Source: an uncultured cyanobacterium (lineage in GTDB: Bacteria; Cyanobacteriota; Cyanobacteriia; PCC-9006; JAAUQQ01). Taken from it: a stretch of DNA of 64,000 bases. The stretch covers positions 4,800,001-4,864,000 of the forward strand of contig OY970368.1 of assembly GCA_963718615.1 (NCBI GenBank), written 5' to 3'. Positions 1 through 10,095 of this stretch are shown here, piece by piece. How positions within the stretch are numbered: position 1 is the first letter of the stretch; the number at the start of each line of letters is the position of its first letter. The notes beneath the pieces were generated by a model that was not told the DNA's origin, did not search any database, and saw only the letters and a list, made by a program, of their open reading frames with translations. The position numbers and the translations under genes were made by a program.

Positions 1-47
1 GTGGAATGCATGCCCCTACCATTCGATCTACCCTTAATTCTCGTTTC

Positions 48-770
48 TTAGGGGGTGGACTTGGGCCAGGTGGCGGTGGCGATCGCCTGCTGCACCTGAC
101 TTCCCACTGCTTCTGCTAAGGACTGAACCGCATCCAAATCCCCCGTTTGTTGGAGCGGCAAAAGGACGGCCACCGCCACCCAGGGTACCCGCTGTCCCCG
201 CACCTGCGCCACGCGATCGCGCCAGAACCAATCCCCCGGTTCGGGGCTACCCCCGTCGGGCCAGGCGTACCATTGCAGGGCGGCATAGACTTGGCCCGTT
301 TTCCAGCCCCGGACAAATCGAGCTTCGATTTTTTGAGGCCCTTGGGGCGTGTCGGCGGTCCAGGTGAGGTGGCGAATGTCGTCTTCCACCCATTGAAATT
401 GGCCTTTGATGTCGGTCCAATCGATCTGGGGCATATCGGTGTTGGCGAGTTGCGATCGCATCAGCACCAAGGCTGGCGTTCCCGCCGGAGCCAACCCACC
501 GGATTCTGCCGTGAACTGGCTCAACACCCATTCATGACCGCCCACCTGCAAGTCAATGGGTTCAGCGCGAGTCCAGCCGGGAAGCGTAATACCCTGGTTT
601 TGCAGATTCCCGAGCTGTTTTAAAACCGTCACGTTCGGCGTTTTTTGCCAATTCCATTGGCCCTTGAGATAGCCCGGTGCGGCTCCTATCAAAAAGAGTC
701 CCAGTAGAAAAACTAAGACGACCCGTTGGGCAAGGGGAGCCATGGGCGAGCGAGAGTTTGCGGCTGTCAT
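48..770 (-). CDS. Cyanoexosortase B system-associated protein
   Basis: N-terminal TM segment, PGYLKGQWNW and QWYAWPDGG..WFWRD motifs; directly downstream of the exosortase. Confidence 0.85.
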   Translation of the reverse strand: MTAANSRSPMAPLAQRVVLVFLLGLFLIGAAPGYLKGQWNWQKTPNVTVLKQLGNLQNQGITLPGWTRAEPIDLQVGGHEWVLSQFTAESGGLAPAGTPALVLMRSQLANTDMPQIDWTDIKGQFQWVEDDIRHLTWTADTPQGPQKIEARFVRGWKTGQVYAALQWYAWPDGGSPEPGDWFWRDRVAQVRGQRVPWVAVAVLLPLQQTGDLDAVQSLAEAVGSQVQQAIATATWPKSTP

Positions 771-786
771 GGGTGACTCTGGGCTG

Positions 787-820
787 TAAGTGGGAGGTTA
801 AGTGGGAGGTTAAGTGGGGA
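787..820. repeat. 12-bp tandem repeat TAAGTGGGAGGT x~3
   Basis: Read directly. Confidence 0.9.
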
Positions 821-869
821 TTTAGGGAGACGCTAGGTGGTGGGATCGGCCAATTGATTTCGGGTCTAT

Positions 870-1805
870 TTAGGATCTATTTGGAATTTGTTTTGGATCT
901 ATGTTGGGGGAACTAGGTTCAGGCCAGTAGCGCTCCATACCCTTGAGCAGCAGCAAAACGCTACCTAGCATCAGCGCCGAGAAAACATCCCCGCCCCAGC
1001 CGTCGTGGAGCCAAGCAAAGGCCCCTTCGCGACCGGTACCATGGAAAAAACTGAGAATAGTATTGCGAATAATATTGGCCGTGACGCTGAGGACAATGCC
1101 GCCCATGAGCAGCGTGGCCACGCGGGACCGCAAATGCAGCAGGTCGTTCCAATAGAGCATCATCAGCGATACATAAACCGTCGTGAACAGCATCTTGAGC
1201 CCAGCACAGTAGGGAGCGACTTCAACAACACGACCGTTCAGCCGCAGATAAATACCGTCAATCACCACATCAGTCATGCCAAAAATCTGGAGGATCGTCC
1301 CCGCCACACCTGCAATAAAGGCCTGGAGCGGCAACGTGTAGGGCGTAATCAAATAGGGTGCATTGGTGGGCGTCGCCAAGGCCACGAGCACCAGGGGAAA
1401 GGTCATAGCCTTAAGTCCTGGCCAGCCCCGCAACCCAAGACAAAGACCCGTCAACAGCAGTGGTAGCGACAGATTCACCAAATCGCTAACGTTACTGAGA
1501 TAAAACACTGCGGCCAAACCCAGCATTCCGGCACCAAGGGGATTACAGCACTGGGGTAACGCCGCCCAATCCGTCCGCCGTTGCCATACCAAATAGGCGG
1601 CAAAGGGTAAGCCAATCAGACCATGGCTAAAATACTCGTGCTCAATGCTGATGTTTTTGTGGAGCCAGCCATCGACCCAGTGCCAGAGCAGGGGGGCATA
1701 GAGGAGGGTGCAGAGGGTGGCGATCGCCCAAACCTGCCAATCGGCTTTGATCGCTTCAAGCTGAATCCCTAATGGGGCAGGACGGGAAGAGTTATGTTGG
1801 GTCAT
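870..1805 (-). CDS. crtB: Cyanoexosortase B
   Basis: Multi-TM protein with EHEYFSHG, VEVAPYCAG (Cys), NIIRN (Arg) and WLHDGWGG (His) exosortase motifs. Confidence 0.9.
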   Translation of the reverse strand: MTQHNSSRPAPLGIQLEAIKADWQVWAIATLCTLLYAPLLWHWVDGWLHKNISIEHEYFSHGLIGLPFAAYLVWQRRTDWAALPQCCNPLGAGMLGLAAVFYLSNVSDLVNLSLPLLLTGLCLGLRGWPGLKAMTFPLVLVALATPTNAPYLITPYTLPLQAFIAGVAGTILQIFGMTDVVIDGIYLRLNGRVVEVAPYCAGLKMLFTTVYVSLMMLYWNDLLHLRSRVATLLMGGIVLSVTANIIRNTILSFFHGTGREGAFAWLHDGWGGDVFSALMLGSVLLLLKGMERYWPEPSSPNIDPKQIPNRS

Positions 1806-1850
1806 CGTCTGGATTCCTCGATCTCCTGGTTCCTCCGGGTCATGGTTCCG

Positions 1851-2996
1851 CTAAGCAATCTGGGTAATGGGTTGCTGGCTGAGGCAATCGCTCAACGCCT
1901 CAACCACCTGTTCCACCTGAGCCTCCCTTAAACCGGGATACATGGGGAACGACAACATCGTCTGACTCAGCCGTTCCGCCTGGGGAAAGTCGCCCAGGCC
2001 ATAGCCCAAATCCCGAAATGCCGGTTGCAGATGGCAAGGTAAGGGGTAGTGAACTCCCGTCTGAATGCCTCGTTCTTCCAGGGTGGCCTGGAGCAGATTG
2101 CGGTTAACCTCGGGATGCAGCCGTGCGATGTATAGGTGATAGACATGGCCACTGCCGGTTTCGTTTTTGAGGGGGCAAACTTGAGGCACAAGGGCTGCGA
2201 GTCGCTGGTCGTAGAGTCTGGCTAGTCGATTGCGATCCTGGTTCCAGCCTTGCAGGTGGGGCAGCTTGAGATTCAGAATCGCCGCCTGGAACGTATCGAG
2301 GCGAGAATTCGTGCCAAATTCGGTGTGGAAATATTTGCGGGGGGCTCCGTAGTTGCGGAGCGATCGCAACCGATTGGCAATGCCTTCATCCTTGGTAATC
2401 ACCATGCCGCCATCGCCCAGCGCCCCTAAATTCTTGCTGGGATAAAAGCTAAACGCCGCCGCAATCCCAATGGATCCAGCCCGATAGCCTTCCCGCTCCG
2501 CCAAATGGGCCTGGGCCGCATCTTCAAAAACAAACAAACCATGCTGCTCAGCAAACGTCAGCAGCTCACCCGGCGACACCATCTGACCGTAGAGATGAAC
2601 CGCAATAATCGCGCGGGTGTCGGGTCGCAACGCATCGGCGGCAGCCTCTAAATCAATCAGGCCGGTTTGAGGGTCACAGTCCACTAAAATCGGCACCGCC
2701 CCCGCCCGCAGAACGCCGATCAGCGTTGCCACAAACGTGTTGGCCGGCAGCAGAACACTCGTGTCTGGCCCTAAACCGCAAGCCTGCAATCCTAGGGCCA
2801 GGGCATCGGTACCGCAGGCAACCCCCACCCCATAGTCCACACCGCAGGCTTGGGCAAAATCCCGTTCAAACTGAGAGACCGCTTCTCCCAAGACAAAATC
2901 GCCCCGTTGCAAAAGCTGCTGAAAGGCCGCCTCAAACTCAGCCTGCAAGGGCTGATGCTGTGCTTGAAGATCCACAAAAGGGACAAAGGATGGCAT
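1851..2996 (-). CDS. DegT/DnrJ/EryC1/StrS family PLP-dependent sugar aminotransferase
   Basis: EDAAQAH and FSFYPSKNLGALGDGG (PLP lysine) motifs. Confidence 0.95.
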   Translation of the reverse strand: MPSFVPFVDLQAQHQPLQAEFEAAFQQLLQRGDFVLGEAVSQFERDFAQACGVDYGVGVACGTDALALGLQACGLGPDTSVLLPANTFVATLIGVLRAGAVPILVDCDPQTGLIDLEAAADALRPDTRAIIAVHLYGQMVSPGELLTFAEQHGLFVFEDAAQAHLAEREGYRAGSIGIAAAFSFYPSKNLGALGDGGMVITKDEGIANRLRSLRNYGAPRKYFHTEFGTNSRLDTFQAAILNLKLPHLQGWNQDRNRLARLYDQRLAALVPQVCPLKNETGSGHVYHLYIARLHPEVNRNLLQATLEERGIQTGVHYPLPCHLQPAFRDLGYGLGDFPQAERLSQTMLSFPMYPGLREAQVEQVVEALSDCLSQQPITQIA

Positions 2997-3108
2997 GGGT
3001 TTGCGGGATGAAGAGAAAGACTGCTATTCCTAGACTTCCCTAAACCCAGTTGACGGCATAATGGGAGAACTTGCCTACATCTCAATATCAAGATTGGATA
3101 AAGTTAGG

Positions 3109-3150
3109 CAAATTTTCTGTCGCAAGTTTTCTGTCGCAAGTTTTCTGTCG
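3109..3150. repeat. 14-bp tandem repeat CAAGTTTTCTGTCG x3
   Basis: Read directly; one mismatch in the first copy. Confidence 0.9.
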
Positions 3151-3177
3151 CGTTGTCGAGTCATCTCTAAGCCTCTC

Positions 3178-3525
3178 ATGAACTACGCCACAGCCCGCCA
3201 ATTTCTCAGCAAACAGGTTCAAGCCAGCGACCCCGATTCGCTGCTGTCTCGCTTGGGGATTGGGTTACCGCCAGTTCCAGGACAGGTAACCTCTGTGCTG
3301 CTCGCCCTCAAGGTGGTGTACGAAGCTTTACATCATGAGACGCAGCTCGATCGCGAACTGGTTGCGCTCCTCCATGTGTTGGCTTGGGAGAGTCGCGATC
3401 GCTTCACCCTCCATCAGCGCCAAGGCATCGACTGGCCCCCACTCCTAGAAACGGATCTGGGCCGCATCGCTGCTGCCGTTCAGGGGATTTTTGCCAATGT
3501 TTGGCCCGATATTCACCATATTTAA
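3178..3525 (+). CDS. Conserved cyanobacterial hypothetical protein (start at ATG 3178 preferred)
   Basis: PPVPGQVTSVLLALKVV and LDRELVAL resemble a small conserved cyanobacterial family; the upstream extension runs through a tandem repeat. Confidence 0.7.
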   Translation: MNYATARQFLSKQVQASDPDSLLSRLGIGLPPVPGQVTSVLLALKVVYEALHHETQLDRELVALLHVLAWESRDRFTLHQRQGIDWPPLLETDLGRIAAAVQGIFANVWPDIHHI

Positions 3526-3558
3526 TTCAAATTTAATTCAAACATTTGATTTCAAATG

Positions 3559-3577
3559 GGGTGCGGAATGCGCACCC
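3559..3577. repeat. REP-like hairpin GGGTGCG-N5-CGCACCC between convergent genes
   Basis: Inverted repeat read directly; a related half-site GCATGCCCCTAC lies at 8-19. Confidence 0.5.
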
Positions 3578-3606
3578 TGCCCTAGGTCCCCCTTGATCTG
3601 CTTGTC

Positions 3607-4191
3607 CTAGCGATTGCGCAATTCGGCTTCTAATTTGTCGATGTCCTCCTTCGGGAATACGACAATCTGGCCGCTGTAGGCTTTGCCCTCCGCAGGCTGG
3701 GCGATTTCGTACCAATAGGCGAAGCGATCGCCATACCGCACTTCTCCCTGCCGCGCCGCCTGTAGGGGAGTCCGCCGATTATTGGCCTGGGCTACATCCA
3801 CTGCCCCTGGATAGCGAAACGTCAGACGAGCATTAGAAAAATCCTGATAGACATCTAGCCCGTAGATCACCCGCAGGGCCTCCTCTAGGCGTTCTTCTGT
3901 CACCCCATTGGGAATATCAAAAAACGTCATCGTTTCCGTTCGAATTCGACCCTTGTTTGGGGCGGGCGCAACGAGTCCTGGCGGAAAGACCGAAGCCTGA
4001 AACGTAAACCGCTGCGCCGCCGAACTGCTTTTCCGGACCATCAGTCGTTCCCCACTGCGAGGCTGGAGCGTCGGATGCCCCTTAATCCAGGCTTCCACAT
4101 CCTCGGTCGATTGACCCGGTAGAGCCTGGGCTGGAGCCATCAGACCCAGCAGGACCCCGCAGGACAGAAGCGATAAGCAAAAGTTTTTCAT
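3607..4191 (-). CDS. Secreted conserved hypothetical protein
   Basis: Signal peptide ending AQA then ALPGQS; 194-aa ORF. Confidence 0.8.
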   Translation of the reverse strand: MKNFCLSLLSCGVLLGLMAPAQALPGQSTEDVEAWIKGHPTLQPRSGERLMVRKSSSAAQRFTFQASVFPPGLVAPAPNKGRIRTETMTFFDIPNGVTEERLEEALRVIYGLDVYQDFSNARLTFRYPGAVDVAQANNRRTPLQAARQGEVRYGDRFAYWYEIAQPAEGKAYSGQIVVFPKEDIDKLEAELRNR

Positions 4192-4347
4192 GGGTGGTTC
4201 TGATTGAGACGCTCTAGATATGCTGCAAAATCTGCCGCTAAATGCGCTGCTAGTATACGGGCCACAAAAAAAATCCGCACCTGAATTCAGAGGATTGGCT
4301 AGTTTTTAGAAAAATCCTGACAAAACCAGGAATTAATTTTGAAAAAT

Positions 4348-4361
4348 GCATCTTACAATAC
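4348..4361 (+). promoter_or_regulatory. Degenerate NtcA site GCA-N8-TAC overlapping a TACAAT -10 box
   Basis: GCATCTTACAATAC; positional paralogue of the perfect site at 4942. Confidence 0.6.
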
Positions 4362-4373
4362 AGAAAGATATAG

Positions 4374-4488
4374 ATCGTTCATCTCCTTGACCGAGTCCAG
4401 TGGCCTTCATGACCCTATTTTCATGACCCAATTTTAAGGATTCTCCAGAGAGACGGAAGTAGGGAGCCATCCCGAAGGAACGCGCCTC
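4374..4488 (+). ncRNA. Glutamine riboswitch (glnA RNA motif), copy 1
   Basis: ATCGTTCATCT...AGACGGAAGTAGGG-N-CCCGAAGGAACGCGCC signature; CGCCTC (4483-4488) is complementary to RBS GAGGCG (4511-4516). Confidence 0.92.
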
Positions 4489-4520
4489 ATGCTACTCACT
4501 AGCCTTAGAGGAGGCGAAAA

Positions 4521-4715
4521 ATGCAAATGAACTATCGTGGTGTAAAGTACGACTCGACACCGGCCCCCGTCGTGACGATTTCAGAAGATCAGACCTTGAC
4601 CTATCGGGGCGTTACCGTGAATGCTAGCCGATTGGAACGGCAACAGGCTCGCGATCGCGATCGCTATCCCATCATCAACCCTCTCACCTACCGAGGGTTG
4701 AGCTACGGTGTATAG
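4521..4715 (+). CDS. DUF4278 family small protein
   Basis: Three YRG(V/L) motifs; strong RBS; riboswitch upstream. Confidence 0.88.
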   Translation: MQMNYRGVKYDSTPAPVVTISEDQTLTYRGVTVNASRLERQQARDRDRYPIINPLTYRGLSYGV

Positions 4716-4803
4716 CCCTGTTTGTCAGCATTGTTTGCTGAGAAAGACTGATCAAACCCAGGCTTATCAAACATAAGTGGTCAAACGACCCTTGATATTT
4801 CTG

Positions 4804-4837
4804 TCCGCTGTAGACCTGAGCTCAGCGGATTTTTTTT
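4804..4837 (+). terminator. Rho-independent terminator
   Basis: TCCGCTG...CAGCGGA stem followed by T8. Confidence 0.75.
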
Positions 4838-4941
4838 GCGATCGCAATCATCTCTCGACACATAAAACGCAGATTATCCCTCTAAAGATTCCAAAAACTC
4901 ACTATTGAGATGTATTGAGCAAAACTGACAAATCCAAAACC

Positions 4942-4955
4942 GTATCGTACAATAC
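4942..4955 (+). promoter_or_regulatory. NtcA site GTA-N8-TAC overlapping -10 box TACAAT (repressor position)
   Basis: GTATCGTACAATAC; overlap with the core promoter implies repression, as known for gif genes. Confidence 0.85.
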
Positions 4956-4970
4956 AGATAGAAAACAAAA

Positions 4971-5056
4971 ATCGTTCATCTTTCCCTGGGCCTGACGTAC
5001 TTACCGCCCGCTCGGAAAGACGGAAGTAGGGAAACCATCCCGAAGGAACGCGCCTC
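4971..5056 (+). ncRNA. Glutamine riboswitch (glnA RNA motif), copy 2
   Basis: ATCGTTCATCTTTCC...GGAAAGACGGAAGTAGGG-N-CCCGAAGGAACGCGCC; CGCCTC (5051-5056) is complementary to GAGGCG (5080-5085) abutting the ATG. Confidence 0.95.
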
Positions 5057-5085
5057 AATCTCATGCACAGCCGAAGAAGGAGGCG

Positions 5086-5361
5086 ATGATGAAACTCAAA
5101 TATCGTGGCATAGAATACGATTACACCCCTGAGCCGGTGCGCTACGGCCCGTCCTATGGGGTTGGCACCTATCGAGGCGTTCCCGTTAATCTACGTAGCG
5201 TCGAAGGCATTCATGTTGACGAGCATCCGGTTTATAACCTCAAGTACCGGGGCATTAGCTACACCACAGGTTCGGACATCGTTGAAAAGAGCCGGTCGAT
5301 CCTAGCGGGCGAGCGTCAGGAAGAGCGCTTGCGGAAGCGTTTGGTTCTAGCTCGCATGTAG
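5086..5361 (+). CDS. gifB: DUF4278 protein with IF7-like C-terminus; IF17-type glutamine synthetase inactivating factor
   Basis: YRG repeats plus C-terminal R-x12-R-x6-R spacing matching IF7 R8/R21/R28; NtcA box, riboswitch and position next to glnA. Confidence 0.75.
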   Translation: MMKLKYRGIEYDYTPEPVRYGPSYGVGTYRGVPVNLRSVEGIHVDEHPVYNLKYRGISYTTGSDIVEKSRSILAGERQEERLRKRLVLARM

Positions 5362-5438
5362 GTTCAGCTAGATCCTCAGTTCGATTCAGATTAGTGTTCA
5401 GAGCAGCAGAAATTGATAGCGTCAATACGCATTCAACT

Positions 5439-5476
5439 AAAAACCGCCTCGGCAGAAATGCTTAGGCGGTTTTCTT
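5439..5476. terminator. Bidirectional terminator between gifB-like gene and glnA
   Basis: AAAAACCGCCT...AGGCGGTTTT inverted repeat. Confidence 0.8.
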
Positions 5477-5497
5477 ATTGAGTATTTTTCTATCCGT

Positions 5498-6919
5498 TTA
5501 GCAATCGTAATACAGACCAAACTCGTAGGGATGGGGCCGTAGGCTCATAGGAATCACCTCGTTGGCCATTTTGTAGTCGATCCAGTTGTCAATGAAGCTT
5601 TCGCTAAAGACTCCCCCAACAGTCAAAAACTCGTGGTCATCCTTCAGAGCCTTAAGCGCATCAGGCAAGGAAGCGGGTGTAGAAGGAATCTTCGCCAACT
5701 CCTCAGGACTGAGTTCGTAGATATCCACATCTAGGGGCTCACCGGGGTCAATCTCATTTTTAATCCCGTCAATCCCCGCGCAGAGCATGACCGCAAAGGC
5801 CAGGTAGGGATTAGCCGTAGCATCGGGGCAGCGAAACTCCAGGCGCTTTGCCTTGGGGTTATCGCCCGAGAGCGGAATCCGCACAGAGGCAGAACGATTG
5901 CCTTGGGAGTAAGCCAGATTTACCGGAGCCTCAAATCCAGGCACCAAACGCTTGTAGGAGTTAGTACTAGGGTTGCTAAAGGCCAAAATTGCCGGGGCAT
6001 GCTTGAGAATGCCGCCGATATAGTTCAAGGCCATCTTGCTCAATCCCGCGTAGCCGTCCCCAGCAAACAGCGGCTGACCCGCGTTCCAAATCGATTGGTG
6101 GGTGTGCATCCCGGAGCCATTGTCCTGGAAGACAGGCTTGGGCATGAACGTGACTGTTTTGCCGTACTTGCGGGCCACGTTTTTGATGACGTATTTGTAG
6201 GTCATCAGCCAGTCTGCGGCTTCGATCATTTCGCCAAACTTAAAGCCCAGCTCACACTGACCTCCCGTCGCCACTTCGTGGTGATGCTTCTCAATGGGTA
6301 CACCACACTTAGCCATGGTCAGCAGCATTTCGCTACGCATGTCCTGGGAAGTATCGGTTGGCGCAACAGGAAAATAGCCCCCTTTGTAGCCAGGCTTATA
6401 GGCTAAGTTACCGCCTTCTTCCTCGCGACCGCTATTCCATCGACCCTCAATGGAATCAACGTAGTAATAACCAGAATGTTCATTTTGGTCAAAGCGAACG
6501 TCATCAAAGATGAAAAATTCTGCTTCAGGACCAAAATAGGCCGTATCTCCCAGGCCCGTTGCTTTGAGGTAATCCAGTGCCTTGGCCGCGATCGACCGAG
6601 GACAACGCTCGTAGGGCTGACCACTGCGAGGTTCTTGAATGCTACAAATCAGACTCAGCGTTGGCTCTTTCATGAATGGATCGATCCAAGCCGTCTTAGG
6701 ATCGGGAACCATGGCCATGTCAGATTCGTTAATGGCTTTCCAGCCTCGGCAGCTCGACCCATCAAAAGCGACGCCTTCCGTAAAGCTGCTCGCATCAATT
6801 TGGCTCTTATGAACGGTCAAGTGCTGCCAAATGCCCAGCAGGTCAATAAACTTCAGATCGATAAGCTCAATGCCCTGCTCTTCGATCATTTGCAATACTT
6901 CTTGAGCAGTGTCAGCCAT
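5498..6919 (-). CDS. glnA: Glutamine synthetase type I
   Basis: [37 protein letters not shown] motifs; 473 aa. Confidence 0.99.
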   Translation of the reverse strand: MADTAQEVLQMIEEQGIELIDLKFIDLLGIWQHLTVHKSQIDASSFTEGVAFDGSSCRGWKAINESDMAMVPDPKTAWIDPFMKEPTLSLICSIQEPRSGQPYERCPRSIAAKALDYLKATGLGDTAYFGPEAEFFIFDDVRFDQNEHSGYYYVDSIEGRWNSGREEEGGNLAYKPGYKGGYFPVAPTDTSQDMRSEMLLTMAKCGVPIEKHHHEVATGGQCELGFKFGEMIEAADWLMTYKYVIKNVARKYGKTVTFMPKPVFQDNGSGMHTHQSIWNAGQPLFAGDGYAGLSKMALNYIGGILKHAPAILAFSNPSTNSYKRLVPGFEAPVNLAYSQGNRSASVRIPLSGDNPKAKRLEFRCPDATANPYLAFAVMLCAGIDGIKNEIDPGEPLDVDIYELSPEELAKIPSTPASLPDALKALKDDHEFLTVGGVFSESFIDNWIDYKMANEVIPMSLRPHPYEFGLYYDC

Positions 6920-7092
6920 GGGATGAACTCCTTACATTCCATTCGAGGTCTCAGAGGGGAGGCTGGTGCGTTCGTACCTCTCTCAGAAGACTAATTCAGT
7001 TTAGTCAGGAAAAATCAGGAGGTTACGCAAACTCAAATCTATTCAAAATACTTGAGAATCCGTGATTTCCTGTATTTTTTGATGCCTGAATT

Positions 7093-7134
7093 ATCCTATG
7101 AACCTCAAACCCACAGTTTTGTAGCTAGAGATAC
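7093..7134 (-). promoter_or_regulatory. NtcA-activated glnA promoter
   Basis: GTAGCTAGAGATAC at 7121-7134, then 22 bp and TAGGAT (7098-7093) on the minus strand: canonical GTA-N8-TAC-N22-TAN3T. Confidence 0.9.
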
Positions 7135-7303
7135 AAAATACTGGGGTTGTGAAGCGGTTCAAGGTGAAAGGGAAGGATTCATTCAGAAATTAAACAGATC
7201 AAGCTCGATGGAGCAGGGTCTAGAAGTTTAAGACCTTGTCAACCGCTACTCCATTGTCCGCCAGCAATAACTCGGGGCCGGGCACCCGGCTCCGATGGAC
7301 GAG

Positions 7304-9478
7304 CTATTTGATAAACAACATCTCCTGATAGGTCGGCAGCGGCCAGAACTCATCGGCAACTTCACCTTCGAGCGCATCCGCAGACTCGCGCACTTCGTCC
7401 ATCAGCGGACGAATGGTTTTGGCAAAGTACTGCATGTGGTCGGCCAAAGATTCAAAGTCGTGCTGTTCTAGGGCCGAGCCCAGTTGGGTGACCGAGCCCA
7501 GCAAGCTTTGGCTTAAACCCGCGATGGTTTGGGCCGGGCTGGCATCGAGCTCGACTCCGATGTCCTTCAGGCTGCCGATGGTGCCCGAGAGATCCCCCAA
7601 ATACTTGATGGCGGCGGGGTAGATCAGGGTTTTGGCCATGCTGATCACTAGCTTGGCTTCGACTTCGATCGCCAAGAGATACTGCTCCGAGTAAACCTCG
7701 TAGCGGCTATGCAATTCTTTGGGGGAGAGCACGCCGGTTTTGTTGAACAGATCCTCGACAAACTCTGCCTGAAGATAGGGCAGCGCATCAGCCGTTGTGG
7801 GTAGATTGAGCAGACCGCGTTCTTCAACGGCCATGCGGTGCCATTCTTCGGAGTAACCATTGCCCCCAAAAATGACCGCACCATGGTCATTCATGACCTC
7901 TTTGAGAATGCTCAACGTTGCGGTGCTCAGATCAGCTCCGCTGCCCAGCTCCGCTTCTAGCCGATTGCCGATCCATTCCAGCGAATCCGCCAGCATGGTG
8001 TTGAGTACGACCAGGGGACCAGAGACGGATTGGCCAGAGCCGACGGCTCGGAACTCGAAGCGGTTGCCTGTAAAGGCGAAGGGGGAAGTGCGGTTGCGAT
8101 CGCCCGCATCCTGATCCAGCATAGGCAGCGTAGGGACGCCCAGGTTCATGATGCCCTTCGCTTTTGAGGTGGTGAGGCTACCGTTTTTGATTTGCTCAAA
8201 AACATCCTCAAGCTGCGACCCCAAATAAACCGACATAATCGCCGGGGGAGCTTCGTTGGCTCCGAGACGGTGGTCGTTGCTGGCCGTGGCGATCGCCGCC
8301 CGCATCAACGGACCATATTTATGAACCCCCCGAATCACGGCTCCACAGAACAGCAGAAACTGCATGTTTTCGTGGGGTGTATCGCCGGGGTCGAGCAGAT
8401 TGCCCTGGGTAGGATTCCCAATCGACCAGTTGACGTGTTTGCCAGAACCGTTGATACCTGCAAAGGGTTTTTCATGGAGCAGGCAGACCAGACCATGCTG
8501 GATTGCGGTTTTTCGCAGGACCGTCATCAGCAACTGCTGGTGGTCGCTGGCAACGTTGGCCGCTTCAAAAATCGGCGCAATTTCAAATTGTCCGGGGGCA
8601 ACCTCGTTGTGCTTGGTTTTTGCCGGAATACCGAGACGATAAAGCTTTTCTTCCACATCGTGCATAAACACCTGCACGCGCTCGGGAATCACCCCAAAAT
8701 AGTGGTCATCAAACTGTTGTCCCTTGGCCGGAGCCTTACCAAACAGCGTTCTCCCCGCTAACAGCAGATCTGGACGGCTATTGGCAAAGTTGGCATCAAT
8801 CAAGAAATATTCTTGTTCCGCGCCACAGCTAGAGTTGACCGGCGCAATTTCGCTATGGCCCAGGAGTTTCAGAACCTTTTGAGCCGCCTTATTCATGGCG
8901 TCGATGGACCGCAGCAGGGGCACTTTCTTGTCAAGCGCCTCACCTGTCCAAGAAATAAACACCGTCGGGATACAGAGCGTCATGCCATTGCCCGTATCCA
9001 TGACATAAACCGGGCTGGTGGGATCCCAGGCGGTATAGCCTCTAGCCTCGAAGGTGCCCCGAATGCCGCCGTTCGGGAAAGAAGAACCGTCCGGCTCCCC
9101 CTGCACTAAAAGCTTGCCCGAAAGTTCGGAAATAACTGTGCCGTCCCCTTGAACCGAAATGAAGCCATCATGCTTTTCCGCAGTGGCATTGGTCATGGGA
9201 TAAAAAACGTGGGCGTAGAACTTAGCCCCCTTGGACATGGCCCAGTCCTTCATCGCAGCGGCGACGGTATCCGCGATAGAGGCGTCTAAAGGCTCGCCCG
9301 CTTGGATGGTTTTTTTGACCGACTTAAAGACGGCTTTCGGGAGTCTTTCCTGCATTTTGCTCAGGTCAAAGACATCCGTGGCCCATAGCTGTTCCAAGGC
9401 TTTGGGGGGCTGGGTCGGCATCGGGGAACGATTCACGATCTCGTAAATCGCCTGTAAACGCGATTCATTTCCACTCAT
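7304..9478 (-). CDS. glnN: Glutamine synthetase type III
   Basis: 724 aa; TAEKHDGF, GEPDGSSFPNGG, HEKPFAGINGSGKH, DRNRTSPFAFTGNRFEFR motifs. Confidence 0.98.
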   Translation of the reverse strand: MSGNESRLQAIYEIVNRSPMPTQPPKALEQLWATDVFDLSKMQERLPKAVFKSVKKTIQAGEPLDASIADTVAAAMKDWAMSKGAKFYAHVFYPMTNATAEKHDGFISVQGDGTVISELSGKLLVQGEPDGSSFPNGGIRGTFEARGYTAWDPTSPVYVMDTGNGMTLCIPTVFISWTGEALDKKVPLLRSIDAMNKAAQKVLKLLGHSEIAPVNSSCGAEQEYFLIDANFANSRPDLLLAGRTLFGKAPAKGQQFDDHYFGVIPERVQVFMHDVEEKLYRLGIPAKTKHNEVAPGQFEIAPIFEAANVASDHQQLLMTVLRKTAIQHGLVCLLHEKPFAGINGSGKHVNWSIGNPTQGNLLDPGDTPHENMQFLLFCGAVIRGVHKYGPLMRAAIATASNDHRLGANEAPPAIMSVYLGSQLEDVFEQIKNGSLTTSKAKGIMNLGVPTLPMLDQDAGDRNRTSPFAFTGNRFEFRAVGSGQSVSGPLVVLNTMLADSLEWIGNRLEAELGSGADLSTATLSILKEVMNDHGAVIFGGNGYSEEWHRMAVEERGLLNLPTTADALPYLQAEFVEDLFNKTGVLSPKELHSRYEVYSEQYLLAIEVEAKLVISMAKTLIYPAAIKYLGDLSGTIGSLKDIGVELDASPAQTIAGLSQSLLGSVTQLGSALEQHDFESLADHMQYFAKTIRPLMDEVRESADALEGEVADEFWPLPTYQEMLFIK

Positions 9479-10095
9479 CTCGGTATTTCCTCTAGGGACA
9501 CGGGTTTTCGGATAATAAGGGATAGGGAATTTCTAAAACTGTGAGAAAAGAGGCAGAATTCTAAGCCGCCAAGCCCTTCTAAGTAGCCTAAAAAACGTAC
9601 AGAGAAGATTCATGTAGGATATATGGCTTGTGTTTTTGGGGATCCCGCCATCTCGCCAATCCCCGATTAGGCTTGTGCTATAAGGCATTAAGTTTAGTGA
9701 AGCGTAGCGACCTTACCCGTTGCACGAAACCGAAGTTGGATCCAGTTTTCCGTATCAGAAATTAGACAACCATGCTGAAAAGCCAGCAATTTTGCGGAGA
9801 ACCGGCCCGGTCTCAATTCCCGGTTTCAATCCCCGGTCTCAAATTTCAGGAGCAGCCAGGAGTCGCCGAGAAGCCAGACTTATACTGGGGCATTGAAACG
9901 TTTTATTGAAACAAATATTAAGTTTGGTGAAGGCGATCGCGATTTAAGCCTGTAAGTCAGTGGCCAAGAGGATTGACGTGACCCCGTGCATGGTAAGGTT
10001 TGAGGCAGGTTTAGTATTTAGAACTTAGCGACTTTAGCTGCTCTCATCGGAGCCAAAGTTCCTTTCATAAAAAGCTGTTTGGGAGAGAAAGTTTC

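Noticed and set aside
3178-3525. Dethiobiotin synthetase label sometimes attached to similar proteins
   Set aside because: Too short and no P-loop
9583-9716. NtcA site for glnN (GTA-N8-AAC at 9583; GTA-N7-TAC near 9704)
   Set aside because: Both imperfect and not 22 bp from a TAN3T box
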